A stretch of 64,000 nt of DNA from Tubiluchus corallicola (Eukaryota; Animalia; Priapulida). A model generated the notes under the pieces. That model was given only the letters and a program-made list of their open reading frames with translations. It had not been told where the DNA came from and searched no databases. Of this stretch, positions 11,492 to 24,972 are shown in pieces (position 1 is the stretch's first letter; each line of letters opens with the position of its first letter). The stretch spans positions 755,971 through 819,970 of the forward strand of contig JAQGDQ010000050.1 in assembly GCA_030141605.1 (NCBI GenBank). Direction: 5' to 3'. The position numbers were made by a program, and so were the translations under genes.

Positions 11492-14069
11492 CATTTTCTG
11501 TTTTTTTTTTTGTTAAATTGTTTTAGGCCAATTTAAATCGTTTTTGCATGTAAACACAGTGTGCTCATATTACAGGTATTGTTTGGTGGTGGACCATGTG
11601 TACCAGAACCAGTGTCATCTGTAGAAAAAATGGTTCTTCTCTTTATTACAATATTGTCCAACTTGAAAATGTTCACAAAATATATAATACACTGTAATTA
11701 CGTGGTTTGGAAATAATTTGCATTCTCAAATAAATGAGTGCATGTAGTACAGAGGTTTTTATCAGCTTAGGAATGGAGTTTATATCTATTCAGATTTGAA
11801 GTTCTATTAACAGTGTTTTAATTTTTAACCTGTGTAAGTTGTCACATTTTTAATTTATGGGAGATGCTTTTTCATCATAATAGGAAAATTATCTGGCACC
11901 AGTTGAAATTGTTGTGCAAGCTGCAGCAGACAGAGATGTGGCAACACAATTTTGAAACACAAAGTGTGAATAGTAATGAATGTTATCATGAATTTAAAAT
12001 TTAATAGACCATTGGAGTACTTCATGTCTAAAGAATACGGTTCTGTCTTGGGGGTTTTTGTAACGAATAGATGATTGGGGGGTCTTCCAAACTTGTGTTC
12101 ACTTGTGTTTATCTGCAAAAATTTATTGTGCAATGTCTCAGTGTCATTTTATGTACATCAATATTATGAGATCTCATTTTTTCGTACCTATATTTTTCGT
12201 GTTCTGTACCAAATTTTACGTGCACAATTGTACATGTACCTGCATAATGCAATGAGGTAGGTATGAAGTGCAAGCATGAAGTGTAATAGTAATAGTTTAT
12301 TTGTTTTTATTTGGGATTGTACAATTTAGTACTTGTTTGTATGATTGGTTTTTAGACATAATGAATTTTTTTGTTACACTACTTAAGTATCAACACCTGG
12401 TGTTAGTTCTGTTAAAACTTTTTTGCATATGAAGCGGGTAAATTACATTCCTATAATACAAAATCGAAACTCCAGTGCAGTAATGCACTATCAGTGTAAA
12501 TTTTTGATGCAGTGTCTTGACTGTCTTGATATATTACAATACAATAGTGTAAGAAATTAAAGTCTGTGATTTTAAGAACTCTCTGGCTTGTTCCTCTTTT
12601 TCGTGAGCTTAAATTCACTTTGCTTATTTGACAAATTGTAACACTCTTCATTAAAATAAAATGCGCTGTACTAAAGAATTACTTCGCATTCCGAAGCTGT
12701 TTGTGTAACTGACTGAATTGTGAGCCAAACAATTATTTGCATTTTAGTGTGGTATTATTGATAGTTCTTTTAGTAGTTTATTTTATTTATATGGAAATCA
12801 TTCAGTAATTTAAGTAATTATATACCATTTATTGCATTTCATCTTTTACAAACCAAAACTGTGTCATGTAAGTGGTGTCTGTATATTGAAGATTTGTGTA
12901 CGTTTGTTTCTTACCTTCAAGTGTTTGTGTTTATTTAAAATGGGGTCATAAACTTTCATTACTTGGTGTCCAGTGCAATTAAGTTTTGAATAAGCTTGGA
13001 AATTTAGACTCACATTTTCAAAAGTTCATTAGTAATGATTTTGCAATAAACTTATATTTATGGTATGTGAAGTTTAGGAACGCCATCTGAATATGTAATC
13101 ACAAATTAATGCCAGTTTTTTTACTTTGGATACTAGCTTTGTTTTCATTTGAGATAACACTACACCACTCTGCAATTGACTAAGTTTTAATGATTGCGTA
13201 AATGACTTCCATTGCAAGCTTTACTGTTTCAGTTCTTAAAAAATCTGTTGGTTTTATGATCTATGTGTTGTGAAATAAATTTGTGAGATGTGTAAAAAAA
13301 TCCTTTATTTGCACTTGGTAGTTTATGGTTTTAAGTACGTTTGTCTATGTTATATTTTCATGTAAAGTTATGTATAGTTAATCCTAAAGGCCAAAAAAGT
13401 TGTTGCTAGCACAGCACTTAACAGTCATACATACAGAAAGTTGAGTAAGCGTGATATTGGCAGGTACGGCGAGGCACCTGCAGAAGAACACAAATTAAGC
13501 ATTAAACGCGAGTGTTGCATGCAGTGCATGAAATTTGACTTGTACGATGCCATGTGTTCTGTAGATAAGAAAAAAATGCATGAAAACTTGCAGTATGTCT
13601 ACAGTTGCCTACTCATTTATTAAAGTATGTGTATTCGCTTTATTGTGATTCTTATATACAGGTGTGTATTTAACAGGAAAGCCAATAGGCCTATAGTCAA
13701 CTGTTTTTAGGTAGTATCTCTAGAGACTAAAGAAATTGTTATTTATCATTCAAGTGAAATGGAGGTTTATGTGACTATTTATATGCAGAAAAGCACTAGG
13801 ACTTAAATCTGACGTAAATTAACAGTGTCTTAACCAGATTTTGACAATAACTATGGACTTGTGCTGTGTGTACCAAGTGAAAGCAGTAACATGGGCATAA
13901 TATATTCAGCTGCCATTACAGCATAAGAAATTTTTTCCAGGCCTTGAAACATGATTAGAAACTTTAGTGTAATTGTAAGAATGTTACCAATCTTTCCTTT
14001 ACTGTCCGATTAAGTAAGACATGATAATCAACTATTTCAAAAAAACAGTGTAATTTTAGGCATCCTATG

Positions 14070-14259
14070 TCATGACTGCTTCTGTTTTTCCTCAACAGTG
14101 TGTAATACTCCACAGTTTGTGCATTTAACTTGTAGTTCTCTCGTTCCCCAGTAGAGGGCAACAATGATGACTGCATGGCACACGTGGAGAGAGATACTAC
14201 TCATAATAGTGGATGGAAAAGTATTCCAAGCTAATTCGATTACACCCAGTAGACATATC
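14070..14259 (-). CDS. ALG3: ALG3 exon 9 (last coding exon)
   Basis: ICLLGVIELAWNTFPSTIMSS...EEKQKQS*. C-terminal KxKxx ER-retrieval motif. Confidence 0.93.
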
Positions 14260-15924
14260 CTGTAAAAAAGAAGAGAAAGGTAACACAAAAACATGATTTT
14301 TTGTATAGGGTCCAAATTAATAAAATTTGGACAACATATTTTCCAAAAACAGAGTTGGCTTAAAATTGCATGCACAAAAAGATGTGCTCACAATGTATAA
14401 CAATAACAGTACCTAACTAGTGTATCAGAACACAAGCTCTTAATCACGTGGGAAGTTTATTTCACATTATCTCAAATAATGGCCAGAAGTCAGCCCATAG
14501 TTAGTTTTGCTCATTTGACTGTGAAAGCATCTATACTGTATAAGCCAATAAGCTTCACAGACAGTATAGGAATACCAAGCAAGATTGGACTGCAATAACA
14601 AAAAACTAATGTTGGGAGATTTGAAACAAACCTAAGAAGCATTTGCAAAAATCAGCCCTGTGCCGTATACATGCGTGTTGTTAGTGTTATCAACTTTATC
14701 CCTTTTGCAAAGTTGCCCTTTTGTTTTCCACTTCTTTGTTTTTACTCTGCACTCATCTTTCTAGTTATAACCTTGTTGCTTTGCGAGTTATAATAAAGTT
14801 GTTAAATTTATTCTTGTCGTCTTGGTGTTTGAGACAGAGATTCTTTAACTAATGGCGCTGATACTCTACTTTCTTAAGGTCAAAAGTGCATGCAATTTTC
14901 GAACATGATATCATATTAACTAAGCTTGGTCAAATATTTAACCTTCATTTTTTCGCATAAGTAAGTCACATATTATGGAGTATACATAAGTGATAAATTT
15001 AATTTGATTGAATGTCTTTTCTATTAATCCAACACTGAAATTTTCTACAGTACTTTTGTCAGACCATGTATAACAGCTATATTGTCTAATACACTGTAAT
15101 ATTAGAATCTCTTTACAACTAAAGACATTCTAGTACACAATAGATACAGTCCACGTTTTTAATGCTATCTAGATCCCTTGAATGTATCATATGTACTTTT
15201 TTGCTATTTGAACCATTCAAGCCCATTGGTATTCTCAAGATTTTGCATTTGCTGAAATAGGATTAATTCCTAAATTCCAAACAATAGAACAAGCTTATAG
15301 GGGTGAATTTAAAAAGCCTCCATTTATTGTTAAATATCACCAGATGATTATAGTTTAACGGAAAGGGAGTTTGTTAAACTTCCACAAATGTGACAATAAC
15401 GAAATTAGAAAAAAATGTTGCGTTTCAGCACATCACTACCTACCATTTACAGACAGACTGGTTTATAGTTAGGCTTGAAAAAACAATTGGACGACACTCA
15501 GTTAGAGGCCCAGATATCAGCTAATCTATAAGTGTAATCTTTATGGTCTAACAGACTTCTTAATGAAGACTTCTTCAGGTGTAGATGATTCAGAAAAGAC
15601 AATATTTTTAAGTGCTTGTGGCAATATCAACTTGTTTTGAAGAAACACTTATGCATTAGCCATTTTAATGGTACTAGAGTCAGGCATCACCACAACTACT
15701 TTCATTGAAACCTTTCAGCAGGCATTATAGCCAGCATTAGAATACCTAAGACGTCCAAGTGCAAAAGACGTCCAAAACTACAACATTCTAAAGAATGCTA
15801 CCAATAAAGGCACCATTATGCAATTTATGTGGTTTAACAATCTAAAGATGCTAAAAGGACAACCTTCTAAACCTCTTCAATTCAATTTTTGCTGTAAATT
15901 ATATATGTGAAGTTGTTCTCTTAC

Positions 15925-16060
15925 CTGGCAACAGTTGAAAGTCTTGTACTCCATAGCAAATATGGCAATGTGTGAAAATACCAAACATAGAATTGATAGT
16001 GCAATGACCTACTAAAAGCCATGCCTATTAAATTTGCAGTAAAAAGAGGTAGTACAATAT
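15925..16060 (-). CDS. ALG3: ALG3 exon 8
   Basis: (D)[44 protein letters not shown](R). Confidence 0.95.
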
Positions 16061-16972
16061 CTGTTGATTCTAGTAAAGGAAACAAATATCTGCACAAGCA
16101 TAGCATTGTGAGTAATATGTACAGTAAGGCATACCAGAAAAGACAACAATAGTAAGAATACATTTTGTAAGTAAATTATGTAAGCTAACATGAGATAGTG
16201 CCGCTCATGTAACTGTCAAACCTGCAGTATAGCATCGTGCTCTAATACAGGAAAAACATACATTGTATGGTAATGGGATAACTATGTAAATTAAAGTTAT
16301 TTGCTATTCTGTTTCTCTTCTCTTTTCTTACTGAAGTCATATATAAAGTTTATTATAGGGTTCTCATCTCCATGTCATTTAGGCAATTAATAAAGATAAA
16401 TTGTTACAAGTATATCTGAAAAAGAAGGAAATATTTTTGCACTATTTTCAAATAAAACCTTTCTCTCATTTTGGTAAGCAGGACATGTCATCCCCCACTT
16501 AGTTCATCTCAGACATTTTACATATTCTTTCACGGGCAGGTATATATACTGACAACTGGAATTTATCGCCCACTTCAGCTTGTATAAGATTTGATACTGA
16601 CCTTGTCCATGCAGAATTACTCAGCTCGTATGTTTCCTCGCTATCTGACATATTCACGCCAAGATTGGTGTTCACTACCAGATATCAAGTAATATTATTC
16701 ACTTGTTAATAAAATTTTTGAGAAGGTTTTAATGCCTAAAGTCGACTAAACATCAACCGATTAAAACCTGAACTGTGTACGTGGCATTAACGAATTCATT
16801 CTGACTGCTCTACATTCGTTCCGCACCACTGCACACGGGAGCTCGAAATAAGCACGTGTTACAACTACGGCAGTCTACAGTAATCTTCTGTATATCCTAT
16901 ACAAGAGCTAGTCAATATACTTACATCTGTGAATTTTACTAAATAAAACAAAAACACGTACAAAAAAGATAC

Positions 16973-17037
16973 CATTCGGACTTAGTATCCTTGTTGATGC
17001 TTGAAATTGCAACAATGTTTTCCAACCACCTAATCGC
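16973..17037 (-). CDS. ALG3: ALG3 exon 7 (short, variable linker)
   Basis: RLGGWKTLLQFQASTRILSPN. tttttcag acceptor, gtatct donor. Phases 2 and 1 exactly bridge exons 6 and 8. Confidence 0.8.
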
Positions 17038-17747
17038 CTGAAAAATATACACAAAGTAACTTATTAGGCTTAAGTGAAAATAAAATTACAAATATATGTA
17101 GAGGATTATATCATTTGCAGGATGTGACACTTAGTTGTTCATTCAAGTGTGTTTTCAAAGTCCCTAACAATCACACTAGCTAAGCTGTCACAATTATACA
17201 TGCAATATTTACAGCATTATTCTCTACTAATCATCACCTTTTCTCCATAACAAACTCACTCCGGTTAATTAATTAGAAACAAGTAAAAACAATAGGACTG
17301 TTGCTTTCACTGTTGCAAAAAACAAGAGGACTATAAATAAACAATATATTTCTCCAGCCCGCTTGGTCTAATTAGTTATATAACAGACTTGTAGTCAGAG
17401 ATCGATAGAGCAAGCCTCGCAATGAATATGTTAGATCCCTTAAGCACTGAGCAATGCAACTTACTGATATGCATTGCTTTAACAATGCCTTGGTAGCTCT
17501 ATGAAGAAAAATGATATTTTAGTATGAAAGACTGAAATTTGAAAAACAAATTTTTTGACATGATCACCCCTCTGGCTACTGATAAGAGTGATTGCTCCCT
17601 ATAGACAGGAAAAAGTGCTGTAAACCTAGTTATTATGCGATTACATATACCACACAGACTAAAAGCTTGGATACAAGCGCAGAGTAAAAAGCTTGAGATT
17701 AATAAATCGTTGTTTTAATGAATTACTGATAATTATAGAATACTTAC

Positions 17748-17953
17748 CGCACCCAATGACGAACAGCAAATAAGATTAACACAGTAAGATGAAGAAGCAA
17801 TAAAGACAACTGAAAGAAGCGATTTAAAAATAGCTCCTCTGAGATGCATCTCCAATTCACCGTCCATTCATAGAAAAATTGCCGACCAAAGTTGAATGAT
17901 CTTGCAATGTAAGCTAGTGGGTTTGCAAGCAGAAATGGCAAAGCTAACACCAC
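17748..17953 (-). CDS. ALG3: ALG3 exon 6
   Basis: [36 protein letters not shown]...RHWV(R). Donor gtaagt. Confidence 0.95.
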
Positions 17954-19608
17954 CTATAATCAACACCAGAAATGACTTAACATTTTTGTAAAAACTAAAA
18001 CAAATGTCAACAATAAGTGCAGATTATGAAAATCTATCTTGCACTACCATTCATTTTGTTTGATATCTGTACTGCACTTGTTAGTATTAGATTTTTCAGT
18101 CCCACCAGGGAAAGAAATGCCCGTGTTATCCACATCAGTTTGCCTGTACAGTGATTCCCTTTTAGCTGCTACAGCAGCAGCAAGATTTTTTGTATTGCAT
18201 TTAATTGCATTTGAGAATGCTTCTGTGCTCAGTAGGCTATTATCACCTGAAATGACTATAACCGGAAACAAGTTATTCAGTTATCATATGGATTCAAGTC
18301 ATTTAAAGGAAAACCGGATGATTGTTTAGACTCAATCTCATTTTAATTTACTGTCCAAAATATACGTTTTCTTGCCTCTAAAAGTTAGTAATTGTTTCTT
18401 ATATTTTAATAATTTGCTTAGAAAGTTAATTAACGGCAGCCAAACACAGCTATGGCTTACGTCAGAAACTAACCACAGTTTGTGCAGTAACAGGCATCTT
18501 CCCTTGCGCATCAAGCACGTTTGCGTATGTGTTACTGTTTAAACGCGTGATGTCACGAAAATGGGCTCTATATCATATGACGTCAGAAACCAACACAGCA
18601 GCTCATGATCATGGATATCACGGTGCCGCCTTCTATTAGTCGGCGTGACAAGAAAGCGTCGGCGCCAATCTTAGTAGATTCACTGAGCCGCGCGTAGCCT
18701 TGAAAGTTTAAAGAAATTTGAGTATCCGAGGCAATTATTATTTAATGTAAGCTTTGATATAAAATGGCTGTTGTAGTTTTCAATATTTTAGAGCATACTT
18801 TATTCTGAAGTAATGTTTACACAATCGTCTGGTTTTCTTTTAACAACAGAACTAAAAGTCTGTAGCTTAAGCAGAATCAATAAAACAATACAAAACACAG
18901 TTTTCTGTGATCAATGAAAATATGAAAACATAGGCCCACCTTCAGTGTGCTACAGTAAAAACTAAGCTACTGATATCTGCATTTTGAACAAGGAATTTAC
19001 TTTAAAATACTGCATGAATCACTCCCAGAGATTTGAAGGATTAAATTACTGCCCGTTTGCAAATACTGCCTACTGAAAATGCCGACTATTTTAATTATCA
19101 ACAAATGTCAATTCAGCAAGACAAGGTTACCATCATTTCATTAACATGGACTAGAACTATCGACAAGAATTGTATTATGTTCTTGTCACTTTTAAACTGT
19201 ACAGAATTCATATTTGGCTCTATTAAAACAGAAGGTAGATACCGTGAAAGATTTTTTAGGTTCACTACAGTTACACATGTTTGTAGATGTGTTTGAAGTG
19301 GGATGATGGTATCTCCCGCTTTGCAATTTACAAACAGTAAATAAACATCATGCCAAAAGGTCCACATCTAAAACATAATGTATATAAAATTTGTGATTAT
19401 GGGAATGTGCAATATGCAATTGTAGGTACGACAGACAAAATTTCCATTCAATTAACTAATTTTAAACTATGACTTTTTTAATTAGTCCAGAAAACTGAGT
19501 TACCGTTTAATAACACTTGGTTGGTGTAAAATCACTTTTATGCCAAATGGCACAAAATTTTTAGCATATTATGCCAATTATGAACCACTATTAATAAATA
19601 TCACTAAC

Positions 19609-19729
19609 CTGCATCATACCACAAACAGTTATGTGCAGGACAGCACCTAGAATTCCATGATTTGCCAATAAGAGAAGCAGCAACACCGGAGCAAAGAGGA
19701 GAATATTCATCTTAATAGAAACTGCTAAA
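19609..19729 (-). CDS. ALG3: ALG3 exon 5
   Basis: LAVSIKMNILLFAPVLLLLLLANHGILGAVLHITVCGMMQ. Donor gttagt. Confidence 0.93.
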
Positions 19730-20119
19730 CTGAAACAAATATTATCAGTTTCTTAGGAACTCGGAAATAAAACTTAAAGTTGAAGTTTGCCATTCAGTAA
19801 CAACCCAGTGATGCAAGCACAAAATGATATATGACTAGCATTACTTCACCTAAATCTAACAGTTTTGGCACTTTAACTGATTTTACCAGTTTTGTTTACA
19901 AATGCTCTTAGACATAATGAGGAGTGGATAATGCAAGTCTTTGAAAATTCATACAAAATATATGTGCATCGTTGTCTAGCTATTTGCTGCAAGCACAAGG
20001 TATTTGGTAAATAAGAAAACAGCATGTAGTGTTTTCACAGATAACAAGTTAAAAGTTACTTGTCTGGCTTCTCCAAATTATACAGAATCTGAAATAAATT
20101 GGTATCATAATCAACAAAC

Positions 20120-20280
20120 CTATACAAGATACATCCTGCTGTCCAGTGATTCCTGACAAACAGTAGTACAGCTAGATATAGCAACACCATAGCAACTGGG
20201 TCATTGAACAATCGCAATACGTAGATGGAATGTATGCGATATGATGCACAACACATGAAGAATAATGTGTATGGAGGCAC
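20120..20280 (-). CDS. ALG3: ALG3 exon 4
   Basis: [35 protein letters not shown]...GCILY(S). Confidence 0.95.
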
Positions 20281-20972
20281 CTGTCATAACAGTGTCAATT
20301 AAATACACCATATCATAATTCACAACAATTTTTCAAGTACTAGAACTGTGAAAAACAAACAACAAATACTGATGTTATTCATCATTATTGCCGGTTTACT
20401 GCAGGCATACCATAACCATGTGTTAACTTTAAAATTTTCCATCACCAATGCAAAAACGCTTATTGAAAATCACAAAGTGACAGCTTTTGTAATAAATGTT
20501 ACCCGGTTGGCACGAACAACATACACATTATAAGGCATATACACGTGTATCACTTTACATGAAGAGAGGAAAAGTTGCTTAAATCTGTAGATTCTTATTG
20601 CACATATAACACCAGCAATGTCAGAAATTTTGTATACAAATTTTGAAAAATAAAGGTGCTTTGATTTAATTTATGTCTAAGAATCAATAAAAATGTCTAT
20701 GTGATGCTTCAAAATATAGCCTCCTCTGTGGGAAAAGCCAAGCAAATGAATTCAGTTTCTGCATACAGGAAATAACAATTTTCACATGACATGACATACA
20801 AGACTTGAAAGACAGATGAGTCGAGTCAATGTGCTCAACAAAAATTTTGATTTTTCTTCCTTCTATGCATCAAAGTGAACCTCAACATTTGAGCCCCAAA
20901 ACACGCTACCCAAGCTGCCCATCTTAAGCTCTACCAACTCTTTGCAATAGCTATACGAACACGATGTGCTCT

Positions 20973-21130
20973 GGCACGAAATGCACATTTCATCAACCGA
21001 ACGAAAGGCGATTTTTCATGCTCGGTGCCATCGAACCGAAGCTTAACTGAATGATTGGCCGTGCTGCCAAATCAAATTCTAAATGAAATTTCAAATTAAA
21101 TTTGAATACTGGACGGAAACCGAACCAAAT
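20973..21130 (+). repeat. Dispersed DNA-transposon fragment; copy on the opposite strand at about 57376-57570
   Basis: Shared CCATCGAACCGAAGCTTAAC...GAATGATTGGCCGTGCTGCCAAAT...AATACTGGA..CGAACC. Confidence 0.7.
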
Positions 21131-21782
21131 TTTTTACCGATATTGAACCATATTTTCTGCTAATTTCAATTGAAAAGAATTATAAACTCTATAATGTTTT
21201 ATCGTTTCAAATCAATGGTGATTGGAGAGTAGTGTACAATTGTTCTGATTACTAAATCTGTGCTGTATTTAATGGTTAATGATACGTAGCAAAGTATTAA
21301 ACTTGTATATCAGAAGCAGCCGTATTAAAATTATATTTCAGAAGCAGCCCAAACTGTTTGTATAATATTTTATATAATCAACAAAAACAGTATTTTTGCA
21401 AAACTATGATAGTATACTTGTTTAGTAGCTGGAGTTCTCATCGATTTATTTCATCACCGTAAAAGCAAATATAGCACCACCACCCTATTGCCCATTGACA
21501 CGGCTTGTGTACCTACGGTGCATCACATTCTTCGAGTTGTCATGCAGAAACAGAAATCAAAATGTCAGCTGTTATGCTGTGTTTACTGTTTACCATCAAC
21601 TTTTTCCGGATAAATTTTTAAAAAAATATTATAGGCAAATATTTAGTTAGTTTAATATAATTTTCATCGAGTGGGACATTTACCAAAAAAGTAAGTTCGT
21701 TATACCTAGCGCGCTCACATATCTAAATTTATTCCAAATTGGAATGACACTGTGAATTATTAATAACGAACTAACAACAAAC

Positions 21783-21930
21783 CTTTTCAGATTTCCTATA
21801 AATTGCAATGACTACGACGAGTGTCAGCAAGTACAAACCCATAAATATGTACTGTGCTAGTCTAATGTTAACCCCACGATCAGTGATGTAATACAAAGCT
21901 CCAAATACGTAAACAAAACCAGCAGGGTAT
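21783..21930 (-). CDS. ALG3: ALG3 exon 3
   Basis: [49 protein letters not shown]. Not in the ORF track. Confidence 0.93.
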
Positions 21931-22079
21931 CTGAAATATAATAAAAAAAGTTAAGTAAGTTAATGAATTTAAATCAGTATCGTGCAAAATAATCTTAAAA
22001 AACCAAAAATAGTTAAATCTGCAACTGCTGAAATCTGACACCAAACTTGCTCAAAAGATAGGAAATGTAGAAAAGTTGG

Positions 22080-22148
22080 GTCACAATCTGGATTTGAACC
22101 AGGGAGTTTTCACCCACAAGGAAAGGCCATGGTCATTAAACTACCACG
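22080..22148 (-). mobile_element. tRNA-derived SINE head
   Basis: Minus strand GTGGTAGTTTAATG (A-box-like) ... GGTTCAAATCC (B box). No complete cloverleaf. Confidence 0.55.
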
Positions 22149-22563
22149 TTCTAGTGATCATAATAAGTCCTAATTCAAACCTTATTGTAATGAGCATTCC
22201 CAAGATTAGTAATCTTGTGCTAGAGTAATTAATTAATGATTCACTCAATGTCTAATAAACTGTTGTTTAATAAACTGGGCCTTGGCCATAGCAATAAGAT
22301 AGGAAAGGAATACAATAAACAAGCCTATTGGCTTTGCAATCATGTTGAATTAGTTTTCCCTAAGATGCCTGACATCTTCAGTCCAGCCCTAAATATATGT
22401 ATATGTTTAACTGCTAATACTTAAATTTTTAAAGCAACTATTCAATGCTACTTTTAAATCTGCAATACCCAACAAATTTTGATAAAAAATTCAATGTCTG
22501 AAGTAGCTGTTTCACAAGTGCTAGCAATTTACATAACAAGTATTGAGTACTCATTTTTAAGTA

Positions 22564-23504
22564 CAGTAGACACTGCTTAAAACAGTCACTTTTGGATGGA
22601 AGTGTTTAGACCCAATTAACCAACTGAATCTATTAGACAATTTGCCTAGTATTTATTTACTTATTTATTTAAAATTTTTATTAAAAAAACCTCTATTTGC
22701 AGTATAAGTATAAATTTTACAAATTTTCTAATAAAATAAAGTGACTCTAAACACAGTATAAATTACAAATTAAAATTACAAAGATAGCAAACGTACAACC
22801 GCTAGTTTAATAACACGTATCATGGTACTCCTGACATTTGCTGTCTAATGTAACTAGTGTAACTAGTGTATAAGTACGAGTCATCACTTACCAGCTTAGT
22901 ATGCACTACAAAAGCCCAGAAGCTTAAAAATATTGGGTCTTTATGCTTATGTTTCTGCTGTAATTTTCAAAATTAACTCTATGCTCTTGGTTGCTCTATA
23001 ATACTTAAGCTTGTAAAGTCTCAAAGAATACTGACACATTACTGCCACTGCATCACAGCAGCAGGTGGCACAACAGCAACAATTAACTGATTAAACATTC
23101 TGTGAAAAGCAGCAAGAACTTCAAAAACAAACTGCTGGGCATGTGATTAAAAGTTTAGCTTCCATAAATTCTAAGACATCGAGGTTAATTGCAGCAAAGG
23201 CCAGTGACAGATTCGTAACTGCTAGCTAGCATAGTTGCGCATGATGAACGGTACCTACTTTCAAAAATGACCGTTTCTACGTATGTTATTATGTTATAGT
23301 GCACATAAAGATGACATAAAAATAGTAGTAAAAGCTCTTTGATCACACACAAGTGTCTTATTTTAAGAGACTGAAGCAAAAAATTGAATCAATGATGCTG
23401 TAGTCAATTGCCAACGGTTTTTATACACATCTCGTACCAGACGTTTTTGAGTCAATTAAGCGACTAACTCTATTAACCATGAGTCTAATAAGCGGTGCCT
23501 ACTG
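22564..23504. mobile_element. Tc1/mariner Tigger/pogo-like non-autonomous element in ALG3 intron 2
   Basis: TA-CAGTAGACACTGCTTA at the left and TAAGCGGTGCCTACTG at the right (14/16 inverted). The right TA is mutated. Confidence 0.7.
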
Positions 23505-23545
23505 GACGTTAAGTACTAAGTTATTCAGTACTAAGCTCTATTTAC

Positions 23546-23645
23546 ACAAGTGGTCCAGTCTCTCCTTCCAATTTACTATAATCGTAGGTTCCATTTAAAA
23601 CACCTTCCACTTCTTGCATATAAGCTCGCCAATCTATTTCTGTAT
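23546..23645 (-). CDS. ALG3: ALG3 exon 2
   Basis: (Y)[32 protein letters not shown](V). tttcag acceptor, gtaaat donor. Confidence 0.95.
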
Positions 23646-24758
23646 CTGAAACAATACATAAAATAACACTAAAAAATACTTGCCACATAAGGACAACTGA
23701 GCAGGTATTATATAAAAAAATCGATTTTATTTGAAACAGAACCTTCAAATAACAAATATCGTAAGTCACTCCTAGGGCAAAAGGTCACCCCTGCCATCTC
23801 CCTACTGGCCATTAGCCTGGCACACTGCCAACGTAGCAGTTAATAGTCTGCTGGCAGATACGTGCTGTAAAAGTGCACAGCAGATCGAAGGCGATGTTTA
23901 AATTTTAAATTCTCTAACAATGATACCGTATTACAAATAATGCCTGCATTTTAATTGTTGGAACTGGGTAGAAATATTAGGCTCGGGTAATAAATAATGC
24001 GGGTAATTACTCGGGTACTCGATGGAAGCACTAGAAATTCTGTCAAAAACTTGCTGGCATTTCTGGCTTTATAATTTTTGCTATATTAATACACTATGCA
24101 TGTGCCTATAGATGTACTGGATTTTGTACTGGTAACAGTATTCTTATAAGGTTAAGATCAAAACATAAAATGCTACTCCCAAATCATACATATTTTCTTC
24201 AATATGACTTATAAATTTATAAGCAAAACAATGTTCAATTCGACCAGTTTTGGCACTGCATCTAGTTCAACTCAGTTCGCCTCTACCGGGATTTTTTACT
24301 TTTATGTTTGATCTGCTTCATTTGATTCTAAAATGAAAAATTCGGCAAATTAGAGGTTCCTCCACTACTAATGTACCAAAACACTTTGGATTTGATAACG
24401 ATTGTATAAATAAGTCATTTATTTCGTTGCTTAGCTATTCGTGGGTTTATTTATGGGCTTGTTATAAATTATTGTATTTTTTTCTTTTGTCAGCTACGCT
24501 TAAAAAGAGCCCCGTATTTCAAGGGGTAGAGAGTTTTAGTTTTACTACTACTAGTACTCAGTAGTACTACGTTTACAGTACTGTCAGTAGTCAGTAATTA
24601 TGTTTAAAATTCTACTACAAAATAATAATCGTAATGTGTGACATTAGGATTATCGAGGTTACGTAATGAGACAAAATTTGCTGTGTTTTCTGTTTTACAG
24701 TCTCAAATCTGCAATTTGCCCGAACAATGCAACAGAGGCGATTAATACTTTTACTAAC

Positions 24759-24972
24759 ATTTTACACGTTGTATCACTATCAAGTTAACCAAGATTTCTG
24801 CGCACAAAAGAATACCAGCAAGAATCCATATCAAACTGGGTTTAAAAACAATGTCTTTAAACAATTCTACAATGTTGACATCACGCATACAACGTTTCGC
24901 TAATACAAATTTTCGTTTTACGTGTTGATAAATCAAAGAATTTGCCTGCTTTCTTTTTGTTAGCGCTGCCAT
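24759..24972 (-). CDS. ALG3: ALG3 exon 1
   Basis: aaaATGGCA start (MAALTKRKQ...LIVIQRVK). Donor T|gttagt. Confidence 0.88.

Larger units (their letters stand above)
14070..24972 (-). other. ALG3: Gene span (CDS): Dol-P-Man:Man5GlcNAc2-PP-Dol alpha-1,3-mannosyltransferase, 9 coding exons, 446 aa
   Basis: Exons 214+100+148+161+121+206+65+136+190 = 1341 nt, all GT-AG and phase-consistent. Motifs [61 protein letters not shown]. Confidence 0.96.

Noticed and set aside
14670-14865. Possible LTR 3' end followed by a TGGCGC primer-binding site
   Set aside because: No second LTR, TSD or gag/pol remnant seen. Too weak to call.
18039-19367. Overlapping short ORFs in ALG3 intron 5 (possible nested gene)
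   Set aside because: No domain similarity and no consistent splice chain.
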